DNA from: Octopus vulgaris
Taxonomy: Eukaryota
Length of the DNA stretch: 64,000 nt
NCBI GenBank assembly: GCA_951406725.2
Contig: OX597823.1
Span: 61,690,001 to 61,754,000 of the forward strand
Direction: 5' to 3'
Shown here: positions 25,962 through 40,377 of the stretch, in pieces
Layout of the letters: every line of letters begins with the position of its first letter
How positions within the stretch are numbered: position 1 is the first letter of the stretch
Translations under genes and position numbers: made by a program
Notes under the pieces: generated by a model
Database searches by the model: none
What the model was told of the DNA's origin: nothing
Seen by the model: the letters and a program-made list of their open reading frames with translations, nothing else

Positions 25962-26038
25962 GTGTGTGTGTGTGCGTACATATGTATGTGTATTTATATA
26001 TATATATATATATATATATACTTATATTTTTATATGTA

Positions 26039-26094
<56 letters not shown>

Positions 26095-26138
26095 GCATGC
26101 ATATATATTCACATGTATGTGTTTTTATATATACATAT

Positions 26139-26169
<31 letters not shown>

Positions 26170-26577
26170 CTCATATAGAAGTATATATGTGTGTGTTTGT
26201 GTGTGTATAAGCATATAAATATATCATATTCAGAATAAAAAAATGGCAGTTATAGTTCAGGTAATTTTTTTCATTTTTCTTTTTCTGTACATTTTCTATT
26301 TTATTCTTTACAAATAAATATTTCTTCAATGTCTGATATTTTAAGAATATATTTGCCCGGCTCCCAACAGGGAAATACTGACATATTCATCCATTTTATT
26401 GTCTTCATATCGATTCATCTGCCTATTATATTTTTAGTACATAAAATTCTATAATTTAGTTCTAGTCAAGATAAAATGCAGACTAATATCTTTATTTTAA
26501 CATGACATACTTTACTAAAATTGGTCCTCATTTTGAATTTTTGCAGTTTATATAATGGCTAGCAAATACATACATAA

Positions 26578-26694
<117 letters not shown>

Positions 26695-26757
26695 CTATAC
26701 ATATATAACATACACACACACATACACACACATATAGTTATTTACTGACATATATAC

Positions 26758-26817
<60 letters not shown>

Positions 26818-27708
26818 GGGGGGGAGGGAGAGAGAGATAGCTTTCAATAATATCAGAATATTTTTATAACCCAGTCATTGAAATAAGCACTTTTATTCTG
26901 GAAAAAAAGAAAGCAAAGAATGGAAATTATGTCCTTTAGGTAGCAAATCAATTTTTCACATGAACCAGAGAATGTAAAGACCAGACTAAGTATGTGTTTG
27001 GGATTAGTTCAAAGAAACCATTGTGACTGTAATCTTATCATAAATTGAGATCTTCGAATACAACAAAATTGTTTCCTATCTCACACATGCAAACACATAC
27101 TTTTAGAGTTATAAGCATCTACAGCCAGAGATATACATATCTATTTACCATTTCAGAATGATAGTTGGAGCTGATAACTCAACTTTTAGATTTGTTAACA
27201 TGATATACAATAAACTCATTTCTCCACTTGGTTCTGTTCCAAAAATATTATCCAGTCAACTGATTTTAGTCTGTTTGTTCAATAAGAATCTGTCTGCCCT
27301 TGCTTCAATTAGGCGGTTGCATGGAATATTTGAGACATACAAAAAAAGAAAGAGAAGTAGAGAGAGAACTGAGGACAGGACAAGAAGAAGGGTAGGGAGA
27401 GTGAATATGAGAGAGTGAGTGATATGAGGTGAGAGTTTAGCCAAGACGAATATATATATCTCTATCAATAGGATATCTCCCTAAAAATCTATTGCAAATT
27501 CAGAAACTATGCAACTGAATAATAAATGTTGACATTTTAAGTGCTGCACCACATATTCACACCCTGGTGTTGACCCGACACCAAGTGCTGAACTCAACTT
27601 CATGAGAATTCATCTATTTGATTAAATTTACTGAAACAAGTGGTGTCTGTTCAACTTAGCAAGGAAATTTCTATATAGTTGTTAGATCTGTCTACTTATC
27701 TTTTAAAC

Positions 27709-27945
27709 CAGTAGCTCTCAACTGGGATCCACATAAGATTTTGATGTTACAATTTGTATGTGCAATAAATTGCTTATACTTCTAGAATACACAAAATAAT
27801 TTAACAATTTTTTACACATTTCCTTAATAATATTTAATTATTAAACTATAATGGGATATTTTAAACATCAAATGTTTATTTGGGTTTGGTAGAGTAAAAT
27901 AGGAATTAAAGGTGTCTTCAAGCAAGAAATGGTTGAGAACCACTG
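27709..27945. mobile_element. hAT-type MITE
   Basis: TIRs cagtagctctcaac / gttgagaaccactg and a perfect 8-bp target-site duplication ttttaaac (27701-27708, 27946-27953). Confidence 0.85.
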
Positions 27946-29376
27946 TTTTAAACTATCTTTTAAATTGGATATTATATATTTTAGGTCTTAAAAGGGTAAA
28001 GGGTAAAGACTCCCTTTAGTAATGAATGACTTGAAAGCTACCCTCAGAGGCACAGGTCCAGGAAAAGTTGTTTATGGAAGAGCAGCAGTTGTCCATACAT
28101 ACAAGCCTCCCCTCTCCATGAGACCTGTGTTACCCAAGGGAAAGGTAAAGGCCAATACAGCTTGGCACCAGTGATATCACAGCTCATTTCTACAGCTGGG
28201 TGAACTGGAGCAATGTGAAAGTACAACACACAGTCCGGTCCAGGAAATGAACTCACTACCTCATGATTGTGAACCCAGTGCTCTAAAGTTAACATATCTT
28301 ACAAAAGGTTAAACAGCTATGGGTTGAAAACTGCAATAATTTGTTCTGGGAGCTCTATGTGAGCACTTAGTCAAGCAAAACTGATGCCCACTCTATAGAT
28401 TTATTCAAGCAGAACTGACTGTCATGTTATATGTTTGTTCAAGCAGAACCAACCAACACAAGTGGAACAGACTGCCATACTTTAAACCTGCTTAACAAGA
28501 AATGATCGAAGACATTCAAGATACCTATAATATAAATGTTTGCATAAAATATAATGTTATATTAGGTAAGGAAGGGTTTCTGTTTATAATATAGATATAT
28601 TTTAATTCCTCTCTAGAGTGGGGGACATGTTTAGCCTTTTGATTTAAGTTAGGCCTATTCATGACTTCTGTAATACTCTCCCACATTTCTGAGATTGACA
28701 TGATTGAAACTCCAAGAGTAATTTGAATAAATGAATGATTGAAATGAATTCATATCTAGAATGGAGAATTACAACCATTTTCCATTCACAGTACACTGAA
28801 TAGATCACTAAGGATATTGCATGAAAACAAGAAAGTAGTATGCTAGCAGAATCTGTACAGCATCAGAAAAATACCTTCTGGTATTAAACAATAACGAGCT
28901 TATAGTATAAAGTGCATTGGTGCACTCCAGGTCTTTACATTCTGAGTTCAAATCTCACTGAAATCAGCTTTGCCTTTTATACATCAGAGGTAGATGGAAA
29001 TGAACCACCAGACAAGCAATGGGGTTGATGGTATTGGTTAACCCATTCCCTCAAAATTGCTAGGCTCATACCAAAATCATAAACCAGTTTATAAAAATAT
29101 GTATTAAAATTTCTTTAAAACATAGATTGATGCATGCATTGCATTTTGCTGTAATGAAAAACACATGCACCAATGCAATGCAGCAAAGACACTCAAGATT
29201 TCAAATTATCCCGGCATTTTCTGAATCACCTCAAAAGCTCATGGTACACTGGTGTATTATCACATGATACACTTGTGATTGAAAATACTTGCTCCACACT
29301 ATTTACAGGTCAGAATCAATGTTGAGAGTCTTTTGTAGTTTTGTAATCACAAGTTTAATTCATTGCTACTAGTATG

Positions 29377-29454
<78 letters not shown>

Positions 29455-29457
<3 letters not shown>

Positions 29458-30106
29458 GAGACCTGTATGAAAAAGTGTCACTCCCTAACAGTGGAAGGAA
29501 CCTGTGGAAGAGGAAGACCCAAGAAGACATGGGATGAGGTGGTGAAGCATGACCTTTGAATGATGGGCCTCACACAGGAAATGACAAAAGACCAAGACCT
29601 TTGGAGATATGCTGTGGTTGAGAAGACGCAGCAAGGAAAGTGAGATCATAGCCGAAGCCTACACCATTGTCGCATAACCAGCCCATTTAAAAAGTACCTT
29701 TGAATCCATGCTTGAGGAGACCTATTAAGTAAATCAAAATCAAATCAAATCACAATCATATGGAAATTGTAGTTGTGGCCATTACCAATGCTGGTGGCAT
29801 GCAATAAGCACCATTCATTCAAGTGTAGGTTGCTGCCTGAGCCGCCTCACTGGCTCCCCATGCCAGTGGCACATAATAAGCACCATCCAAACATGGCCGA
29901 TGCCAGTGCCACCTGACTGGTCCCTATGCCAGTGGCACATAAAAAGTACCCACTACACTCTCAGTGGTTGGCGTTAGGAAGGGCATCCAGCAACAGAAAC
30001 ATTGACAGATCAGATTGGAGCCTGGTGCAGCCTCCTGGCTTGCTAGTCTCCAGTCAAACCATCCAACCCATGCCAACATGAAAAACGGACAATGATGATG
30101 ATGATG

Positions 30107-30108
<2 letters not shown>
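29455..30108 (+). mobile_element. 5'-truncated RTE LINE
   Basis: ORF C-terminus VEGTCGRGRPKKTWDEVVKHDL...DQDLWRYAV, then 3' UTR and (ATG)n tail. Inserted in (TA)n. Confidence 0.85.
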
Positions 30109-30127
<19 letters not shown>

Positions 30128-30140
<13 letters not shown>

Positions 30141-30302
30141 TTAGAGACAAAACCACTATTTTGCAAATCAAACAAAGAAAGACTTAATCCAATACATTAA
30201 AAAAATTTTAATATAAAGTAAATAAAATTAAATTGTATTGGATTAAGTCTTTCTTTGTTTGATTTGCAAAATAGTGGTTTTGTCTCTAATTAATATTATA
30301 TA
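30128..30302. repeat. About 69-bp perfect inverted repeat in (TA)n
   Basis: 30128-30196 vs 30234-30302. Confidence 0.92.
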
Positions 30303-30379
30303 ATATTTTACTATAAAATTGGATTCAATCCTAAATCTGATTTTTCCCTGTAAATTTGGATTTAGTCCCTAATATTTAT

Positions 30380-30426
<47 letters not shown>

Positions 30427-30433
30427 CATACAT

Positions 30434-30464
<31 letters not shown>

Positions 30465-32964
30465 TACACTTATAATATATCATTATCAACATCATTTAAC
30501 GCCCATCTTCCATATGTACTTGTATTCATATATGAGTGTAAATACACATGTACACATTCACAAGCACACACATGCACACATACACACATATACACACCTA
30601 ATTGCAAAGAATAGTTAATTAGTCATTCGGTAAAAAAAAATACTTAGAAGAAGAAACCAGCGAACACAAACATGCCGTTCTTTGTTTATTAATTTAATTA
30701 CTTATTAATTTGGCTGGGCATGGAATAACAACTTTTAAGACATATTGGCTCTTTGAAATAATACAAAAATATAAACATGTACAACAACATCTAATAAACA
30801 ACAACTTTTAACATGCATCTCCAAGACCAACATGACAACATTTTCTACAGTGTGTTGAAATCTAATAACACCTCCTGGGTATTCTGACAGAATTTCTATG
30901 GAAATAACACCAGAGGTTTGTTATTTTTTATTTTCCTTTCAATCTTATTTACACTCTACTGCAGCAAGCTCTAGTCTCGGTTTTTGTTTTTGGACTTTTT
31001 ACCTGTTATTGCCATTAATATTATTTTTAGCTGTTTATATCAATGAGAAAGTGTGTATTGACTCCAGCAATCTTTCTTATATAGTTAGTGGTGGCTGTTG
31101 TTGTTGATGATAATGATGATTATTTGTTCTGGAATTGATGTCAATTGTGGAGACCTATGACAAAAGCCATTCCATCTCAAATCACCCGAATGATTTGAGA
31201 TGGAATGTCATTGTAAGACTCTGGTGTCTTACAAAGAGGAAGAACACAGTGGACAATGCAGTCCAAAAAGAAGCAATATTTCTAAATACAAGAGATGTTC
31301 GTTGTTTGAATGCTTCTGAGTATAGGCTTGTTCAGTCAGAACTGACTTGGAGTTAAGCAGCAGCAACAACAAGAATAACAGCAGTAGAATCAACAGCAGC
31401 AACAGCAGCCATTCAAGAATTTGAACCTGGAGATCTCCATTTCCAGCGATTTCGAGGGCCACCTCCCAGTGGTGTCAGGTGTCAACGAAGAGCCCTCGAC
31501 TACAACAAGACAACCAAAGTTTTTTTTTTCCAAGGTCTGGGGTCTCCTGTCCCTAAGCCCTAGACCATCACCTAATCACCCTTACCCATCTTGTTGCTTG
31601 ACAACAACAACAACAGCAGAAGCAACAACAGCTACAACAGCAACAATGACAACAGCAACAACAATATCCCACGGGCTCACAGACATTGTTCTTTACTCTC
31701 TTTTACCATTACTTCTATTATCACAACCTTGGCTCTTCTGAACTAGCTAGCTGCATACTTCACCCACTCCCAGGCTTGTTCATCAACACACATGTCTCCT
31801 TCTTTCTCCCATCATTTCTATAATGGAATCAAGGAATCAAGAAGAAAATAGGTTACACAAAATCCCTGGTTTTGGCCACTGAAAGTTTTGAAAGGCTTGG
31901 TATTAAATAATAATGCCTGGAAAATAGGGAATTGATGTGATGAATTCCACTACTCAAAATATGTCTGGAATTCTTTCAGTATTTTGACTTCAATTATGAT
32001 GGGTCACAATTTTCAAAAGGTTTCAGTAGATTATTTCACTCCCAGTGCTTTGACTTATAATTGTTTTCTTGACATCTTAAAGACAAGGAGGTATGTAGCT
32101 TAGTGGTTAACATGTTAAATTCATGATCATAAGATTGTGGTTTCGATTCCTGGGCCAGGTTATGCATTGTCTTCTTGAGCAAGACACTTCATTTCACATT
32201 GTTCTAATCTACTCAGCTGGCAAAAATGAGTAATATAGAAGTTGTGGCAGGCTTGGCAAGCCAGTGATGGATGTTGGACCTGCCTAAATAAACAAACAGG
32301 CCGATGGGCCATAGGTCTAACCCTTGTATAAGGTATTATTTTTTCTCATATCCTAAAGATAAAATTGTAAAGTAGGTCTTGATGTGAAGGGACATAACTC
32401 AGATGAATAAATTCAGGATAATATCACAGTAACAAAACAAAGGAAGCAATTGAAATACAAAGTCTGTTATATTAATTTGATACTGGAAGGAGGAAAAAGA
32501 ATGGCAAGTGTTCTACATGTCAGACAGTGAACCACCTTCAAAGAAAATTAGAACAAGAGAAGAAATGTACTTAGGAAAGAGAAAAAAAGGGCCAAGTGTT
32601 GCATGAGATAAAACTAAGTGCATAATTATTAAGTAAAATAATGTGGTGTGTAGTTGGTTTCAAATTTTGGCACAAGGCCAGCAATTTGGGGGAGAGTGTA
32701 AGTCAATTACTTCAACTCCAGTGCTCAAGTGGTACTTGTTTTATCAATCCCAAAGGGATGAAAAGCAAAGTCAACCTCAAAATAATTTGAACACAGAATG
32801 TAAAGACAGACAAAATGCTGTCAAGTATTTTTCTCAGTACAATAATGATTCTGTCAGCTCTTCACCCTAATGCAGTGTGTTGCTGTTGCTGCTGCTTAAC
32901 TCCAAGTCAGTTCTGATTGAGCTGACCAAATTTGTGTGGAAATATGTTCTGAAATAGAAAGGCA

Positions 32965-33392
32965 ATTAGCTGGCAGAGACAGCATGCTCGGCGAAATGCT
33001 TAGTGATATTTTGTCTATCTTTATATTCTGAGTTCAAATTCTACCAAGGTCGACTTTGCCTTTCATCCTTTGGGGATCAATAAATTAAATACCAGTTGCA
33101 TACTGGAGGCTGATCTAATCGAGGGGCCCCCTCCCCCAAAATTTTGGGCCTTGTGCCTAGAGTAGAAAAGAATATGCAAAGCAGCAAGCTGGCAGAAACG
33201 TTAGCACTCCAGGCAAAATGCTTAGTGATATTTTGTCTGTCTTTATGGTCTGAGTTCAAATTCTGCCATGGTCAACTTTGCCTTCCATCCTTTAGGGCTC
33301 AATAAATTAAGTACCAGTTGCGTACTGGAGATCAATCTAATCGACTGGCCCCCTCCCCAAAAAGTTCAAGCCTTGTACCTAGAATAGTTAAG
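32965..33392 (+). mobile_element. Two head-to-tail SINE family B copies
   Basis: Copies at about 32965-33173 and 33185-33392. Confidence 0.8.
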
Positions 33393-33909
33393 AACATGTT
33401 CTGAAATAGATTTGTAGTTAAAATCTAGTAGACCAGAAGGACAGTTAGGTGTTTTGGGGAAGTAAACTTAACCTATTGTCTGGTTTAATGCCAGCACTTA
33501 CACCCTTTGATATGTGAAGTGAAGTCCACAGTCTTGCAAGCAAGTATTCAACAGCTATAGTCAGAAGATAACTTTCTCCCTTCCTCCCACTACTCTCAAT
33601 GCTTCTGGAAAAAATAATCATAAGAACTTCTCCACCTCCTCTGACTAAGTCATATAAATAAAAAAAAATAATTTACTATATAGTATTTATTAAAAATTTT
33701 ATGAGATTTCCTGACTCACTTCTTTGTAAGACCACATATCAAAGTGCTTTTTTTTTTTTTACTCTTCTTCATATAAGAAATTGAAACTTTTGTTCAGTCA
33801 AGCAGAAATATATTTGAACAAAGTCTTATGTCTCACAATAGAAGTCACATCACAGTAAAATATCCGAAAATCATAATGTATTAAAGATAATCATAAATCT
33901 CAGTCAAAC

Positions 33910-33944
<35 letters not shown>

Positions 33945-35962
33945 TATGTATTTTCTATTTCCGTATGCAGGCAGAAATAGCGACATTTTTATTACTTAAT
34001 ATTCTTTCCGCTGTCGAGTCAGCAATGTTGTCAACATTTCATAGACCTATTTGTATATACAGCATACATATCACCAACATTGTCTATTTTTATAGAAAAA
34101 CAATGTTTAAGAAACCAGCATCTTACATAAAGCATTGTTGACCTGAGTGGACCCATGTAGGTAGTAGAGTTCACTGAATATAGATAGAAATTTATTATTT
34201 CTGGATCAATAAACTCAATAAATAGTTTAGACAAACAATATTCTGAATAAATCATATCAACATTGACTTAAGAAATGCACTTTCTAGAATGTGAACTTAT
34301 CATGAATATTTTGATTTACTCAACAGATTTATCAGTATTTGTGAATGAGATGAAAGAAGAATGGACATGTTGTATTGAAGCTCAGCATCATATGGAATCT
34401 TATCAATCTTGAGTTCAAACAGATTCTCAGATTACTGATGAACAAAATTGTCTAAATATATCCAGAATAGTTCCTTTCAAATGACTTGATTCCAACTTGA
34501 AACAATCCCTTTTCTTCTGAATGTTTCCTAATCTACCCAGCATTAAAGCCAATTTGATACTGCTATTTCTTTACTTCAAATTATTCTTAAATGCCTTGGT
34601 TTCCAAATCATTCTATCTTTCTTCCACAAAGCTATTGCCCTCTGATATTCTATGTCCAGATTTTATATTCCAACCATAAACTTAAGATTAAAACAATATC
34701 CACATTCACCTTGTATCAACTAAATTTACATTGTGATTTGATGAGTCTAAAGAAGGCAATGAGTCAGTTATCCTAAAGATTCTGGCACTCTTAGTGTTAC
34801 ATCAAATTGTTCTTGTCAGAAATTCATCTGATGTCGAGCTTAACAAAAGGCTGGACTAACTGGATCAAAACATTCAACATTGACCATATAAAGCATGTCT
34901 TAGTCTTCACTTCTAGTATTTTCCCATTCACAGCCTTGACAGTTTATAAAAAAATATTAAATCAACAACAGTATTTTACTAGTTCCCTGTTTTATTAACC
35001 TCAATGGAATTTGAACTCAGAGCATAAAAGGATGAGACAAAATATCACAGGCAATTAGTCTGATGTTCTAATGATTCCACAATCATTAGAACAATTGTTA
35101 GTATCTAAGAACAAAAAGTAAACTTCCAAAATTAAATTTGTTACAACCTTTCAATTCCCAGTTCAAATCCAAAAGAAATCAATATTTCAATAGCATCTAT
35201 TACTTCAGAGAGAGAGGGAGAGAGAGAGAGAGACTCTCTAATACTAACTTGGTTCTTTTATCTCTGACTTTCTAGATCAGTAGCAAGATAGATGAAGATG
35301 ATTGGAAATGTACCAGGGATGCAGTGGAATGATTTACAACATGTCTCACTATGTTATGACATAAATGTCCCACAACAACAACAAATTCTGTCTGACTCAT
35401 GCAAGCATGGAAAAATGGATGTTCAATAACAATGACGATGAATCACCATGATGTAATATTGTTCCTTAGTGAAGGTGTTCAGCGCATAGAAACAGGCTGT
35501 CTATGGATATGGAACTAGTGGGTAATACTGAATAGTAAATATGTAATGATGCTTTGTCATAATATACTTTTATGGTACTTCATCTTAAAAGTAGAAAAAT
35601 AGCAAAGAAAAGGATAAAAGAAATTTAAAATTTTTAATACACTTTCTTTCTCCCTTGTATTAAAAGTATGAGTCATTACTTAATTTGGTAATATTTTAGT
35701 TGTGATATGAAAATTCAGAACATCTAATATAATGAAGGGGATATACACTTCAAAGAAACTGGTACTTTTAAACAGATTTCCACAGGAAATTAACATAACA
35801 CTCTCAGGAGGATAGAAGCACATACTTGAAAGTACAACAAGCCTAGGTTCTTAGTGCCTATGTCAAAAACATCATATCAACATAGGCACATTCATGCCTA
35901 TGTGCTAAAATGCTTGGTTCCAGGTTCAGTCCCACAGCCTCAGGCTGATCAAAGCTTTATGT

Positions 35963-38575
35963 ATCATCATCATCATCATCATCATCATCATTTAACGTCC
36001 GCTTTCCATGCTAGCATGGGTTGAACGGTTCAACTGGGGTCTGGGGAGCCCGAAAGCTGCACCAGTCCAGTCAGATCTGGCAGTGTTTCTACAGCTGGAT
36101 GCCCTTCCTAACGCCAACCACTCCGAGAGTGTAGTGGGTGATTTTATGTGCCACCGACACAGGTGCCAGACGAGGCTGGCAAACGGCCACGCTCGAATGG
36201 TGTTTTTTATGTGCCACCGACACAGGTGCCAGACGAGGCTGGCAGACGGCCACGCTCGGATGGTGTTTTTATGTGCCCTCGACACAGGTGCCAGATGAGG
36301 CTGGCAAACGGCCACGATCAGATGGTGTTTGTTACGTGCCCACAGCACGGAGGCCAGTCGATGCGGTACTGGCTACGGCCACGTTCGGATGGTTTTCTTG
36401 TGTGCCACGTGCCACCGGCACTGGTACCACAAGGATACAAATTCCATTGATGTTCATCTATTTTGATTTGTTTTGATTTTCACTTGCCTCAACAGGTCTT
36501 CACAAGTGTCACAAGAAGGAAGGTATGCACAGGTGGACTGACTACGTCCCAGGTAGGGGCCACAGGTTATGGCCTGACTAGTCTTGCCGGGTCTTCGGAT
36601 GGTGTTTTTATGTGCCACCGACACAGGTGCCAGATGAGGCTGGCGAACGGCCACGATCGGATGGTGTTTGTTACGTGCCCACAGCACGGAGGCCAGTCGG
36701 TGCGGTACTGGCTACGGCCACGTTCGGATGGTTTTCTTGTGTGCCACCGGCACTGGTACCACAAAGATACAATTCCATTAATGTTCATCTATTTTGATTT
36801 GTTTTGATTTGATTTGATTTGATTTGTTTTGATTTCATTTTGATTTTCACTTGCCTCAACAGGCCTTCACAGTATCACAAGGAGGAAGGTATGCACAGGT
36901 GGACTGACTACGTCCCAGGTAGGGGCCATGGGATATGGCCTGACTAGTCTTGCCGGGTCTTCGGATGGTGTTTTTATGTGCCACCGACACAGGTGCTAGA
37001 TGAGGCTGGCGAACGGCCACGATCGGATGGTGTTTGTTATGTGCCCACAGCACGATGGCCAGTCGATGCGGTACTGACTACGGCCACGTTCGGATGGATT
37101 TCTTGTGTGCCACAGGCACTGGTACCACAAAGATACAAATTCCATTGATGTTCATCTATTTTGATTTGATTTGATTTGATTTTCACTTGCCTCAACAGGT
37201 CTTCACAAGTGTCACAAGAAGGAAGGTATGCACAGGTGGACTGACTAGACTTGCCGGGTCTTCGGAAGGTGTTTTTATGTGCCACCGACACAGGTGCCAG
37301 ATGAGGCTGGCGAACGGCCATGATCGGATGGTGTTTGTTACGTGCCCACAGCACGGAGGCCGGTCAATGCGGAACTGGCTACGGCCACGTTCGGATGGTT
37401 CTCTTTTTGTGCCACCAGCACTGGTACCACAAAGATACAGATTCCATTGATGTTCATCTATTTTGATTTGATTTTTACTTGCCTCAACAGGTCTTCACAA
37501 GTGTCACAAGAAGGAAGGTATGCACAGGTGGACTGACTACGTCCCAGGTAGGGGCCATGGGTTATGGCCTGACTAGTCTTGCCGGGTCTTCGGATGGTGT
37601 TTTTATGTGCCACCGACACAGGTACTAGATGAGGCTGGCGAACGGCCACGATCGGATGGTGTTTGTCATGCGCCCACAGCACGGAGGCCAGTCGATGCGG
37701 TACTGGCTGCGGCCACTTTCGGATGGTTTTCTCTTGTGTGCCACCGGCACTGGTACCACAAAGATACAAATTCCATTGATGTTCATCTATTTTGATTTGT
37801 TTTGATTTGATTTTGATTTTCACTTGCCTCAACAGGCCTTCACAAGTATCACAAGGAGGAAGGTATGCACAGGTGGACTGACTACGTCCCAGGTAGGGGC
37901 CATGGGTTATGGCCTGACTAGTCTTGCCGGGTCTTCGGATGGTGTTTTTATGTGCCACCGACACAGGTGCTAGATGAGGCTGGCGAACGGCCACGATCGG
38001 ATGGTGTTTGTTATGTGCCCACAGCACGATGGCCAGTGATGCGGTACTGACTACGGCCACGTTCGGATGGATTCTTGTGTGCCACCGGCACTGGTACCAC
38101 AAAGATACAAATTCCATTGATGTTCATCTATTTTGATTTGTTTTGATTTTCACTTGCCTCAACAGGTCTTCACAAGTGTCACAAGAAGGAAGGTATGTAC
38201 AGGTGGACTGACTACGTCCCAGGTAGGGGCCACGGGTTATGACCTGACTAGTCTTGCCGGGTCTTCGGATGGTGTTTTTATGTGCCACCATGTTCCCACA
38301 GCACGGAGGCCAGTCGATGCGGTACTGGCTACGGCCACGTTCGGATGATTTTCTTGTGTGCCACAGGCACTGGTACCACAAAGATACAAATTCCATTGAT
38401 GTTCATCTATTTTGATTGATTTTCACTTGCCTCAGCAGGTCTTCACAAGTGTCACAAGAAGGAAGGTATGCACAGGTGGATCGACTACGTCCCAGGTAGG
38501 GGCCACGGGATATGGCCTGACTAGTCCTGCCAGGTCCTCTCATGCACAGCACACTTCCATAGGACTCGGTCTTCA
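35963..38575 (-). mobile_element. RTE insertion with tandemly amplified 3' UTR
   Basis: (ATG)n tail at 35963-35990 and ORF end EDRVLWKCAVHERT near 38575-38520. Seven copies of the anchor motif cacttgcctc(a)...aaggtatgcacaggtgga at about 36481, 36848, 37184, 37476, 37821, 38151 and 38424. Confidence 0.88.
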
Positions 38576-38583
38576 TATATGTA

Positions 38584-38960
38584 GGTGCAGGAATGGCTGT
38601 GTGGTAAGTAGCTTGCTTACCAACCTCATGGTTCCAGGTTCAGTCCCACTGCGTGGAACCTTGGGCAAGTGTCTTCTACTATAGCCTTGAGCTGACCAAA
38701 GCCCTATGAGTGGATTTGGTAGAAAGAAGTCCATTATATTTATGTGTGTGTGTGTGTATGTGTGTGTGTGTGTCTGTGTTTGTCTCACCCACCATCACTT
38801 GACAACTGATGTTGGTGTGTTTACATCCCCATAACTTAGCAGTTCAGCAAAAGAGCACAATAGGATAAGTACTAGGCTTGCAAAGAATAAGTCCTGGGGT
38901 CAATTTGTTCAAATAAAGGCAGTGCTCCAACATGGCCACAGTCACATGACTGAAACAAAT
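38584..38960 (+). mobile_element. SINE family A
   Basis: Full-length copy adjacent to the RTE array. Confidence 0.85.
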
Positions 38961-39595
38961 TTTTAAAATTTATCTGTTGTCTTTATGTCTCTGTTTGACC
39001 AGTATTGGTTTGTTTACATCCTATTAACAGTTCAGCAAAAGACGCCAATAGAATAAGTACGAGGCTTAAAAAAATATTAGTACCAAGGTAGATTCATAAG
39101 GTTGTGAGTTCAATTTCCAACAACGCATTGTATTCTTCAGCAAGACACTTTATTTTACACTGCTCCAGTTCACTCAGCTGGCAAAAATGAGTAGTGCCTG
39201 TATTTCAAAGGGCCAATCTTGTCAAACTGAATCTCCCTGAGAGCTACTTTAAGAGTACACATGTCTGTGGAGTGCTCAGCCATTAGTGCATTAATGTCAC
39301 AAGCTGATTGTTCCATTGATCAGATTAACTGGAACTCTCATCGTTGTAACTAATGGAGTGCCAGTTATATTCTTTTATTTGTTTCAGTCTTTTGACTGTG
39401 GCCATGCTGAAGCACCACCTTTAGTCGAACAAATTGACTTCAGAACTTATTCTTCATAAGCCTAGTACTTATTCTATCAGTCTCTTTTGCCGAACTGCTA
39501 AGTTACGGGTATGTAAACACACCAGCATTGGTTGTCAACCGATGGTGGAAGGACAAACACAGGCACACAAACATTTACATACTAATACATACGCC

Positions 39596-39639
<44 letters not shown>

Positions 39640-39640
39640 C

Positions 39641-40377
39641 ATATAAATTTGACATGAGCGATTCTTTCTTGTCTTGGGATTCATGTTCAAACGGCTGGGT
39701 GGAATTGCACAAAAAATTACACGGATGTGTAGAATGATCCAGTGGTGATGCTGGGCTTTGTATTTTTCATAGCTCCCATGGTTACTGAGATAATCTACTA
39801 TAATAATACTCCTGTGTTTATGAATGAGAAAGGAAGGGGTGATAGATGAATAAGGAAGGAAGGGGTGATAGATGAATACGGAAGGAAGGGGTGATGTCAT
39901 ATTTTTTTCATAACTCCCATGGTTACCACAATAAACTACTATAATAATATCTTTGTGTTTATGGATGAGAAAGAAAGGAGTGATAGATGAATAAGGAAGG
40001 ATGGGTGATGTCATATTTGGTAGTGGGAGGATGAAAATCGTATGCTGAAAAGAATGAATCAAACAGCGTTTCAACTCTGTGTGAATGTAAAAGGGGTGGT
40101 ATGTGAATGTATGTGTGTGATTGTGCATTTGCAATGGAAGTGGGATGGTTCATCTTTGTTCGTTTAGTATTTGGGTTTATTTTTTGATTTTGTTGAATCT
40201 TGTTTTTTTTTGTTTTGTTTTTTGTTGGTCAGTTATTTATAGTGTTTTGACAGAGAAAAGTCATTCTAAAATTGTTTTTCAACATAAGCATGCCCAAACA
40301 GGTCGAATGCTTATACAGAAGAGGTTTTACAGCCACATCATCCAAACCAACCAGGTGAAACCGGGCTTAGCTGCTAG
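39641..40377 (+). mobile_element. Probable non-autonomous Helitron-like element
   Basis: Ends in a short GC-rich hairpin (ccaggtgaaaccggg) followed by CTAG|T. Internal direct duplication at about 39760-40020. Confidence 0.5.

Noticed and set aside
33502-33604. Candidate 103-nt minus-strand exon (ttttttccag ... gtaagtg) with one open frame
   Set aside because: No similarity to EFHC1 or any protein I recognise. Splice-like signals alone are insufficient without transcript data.
36008-38684. Multiple 60-219 aa ORFs on both strands
   Set aside because: They are translations of the tandemly repeated RTE 3' UTR, with no protein family resemblance.
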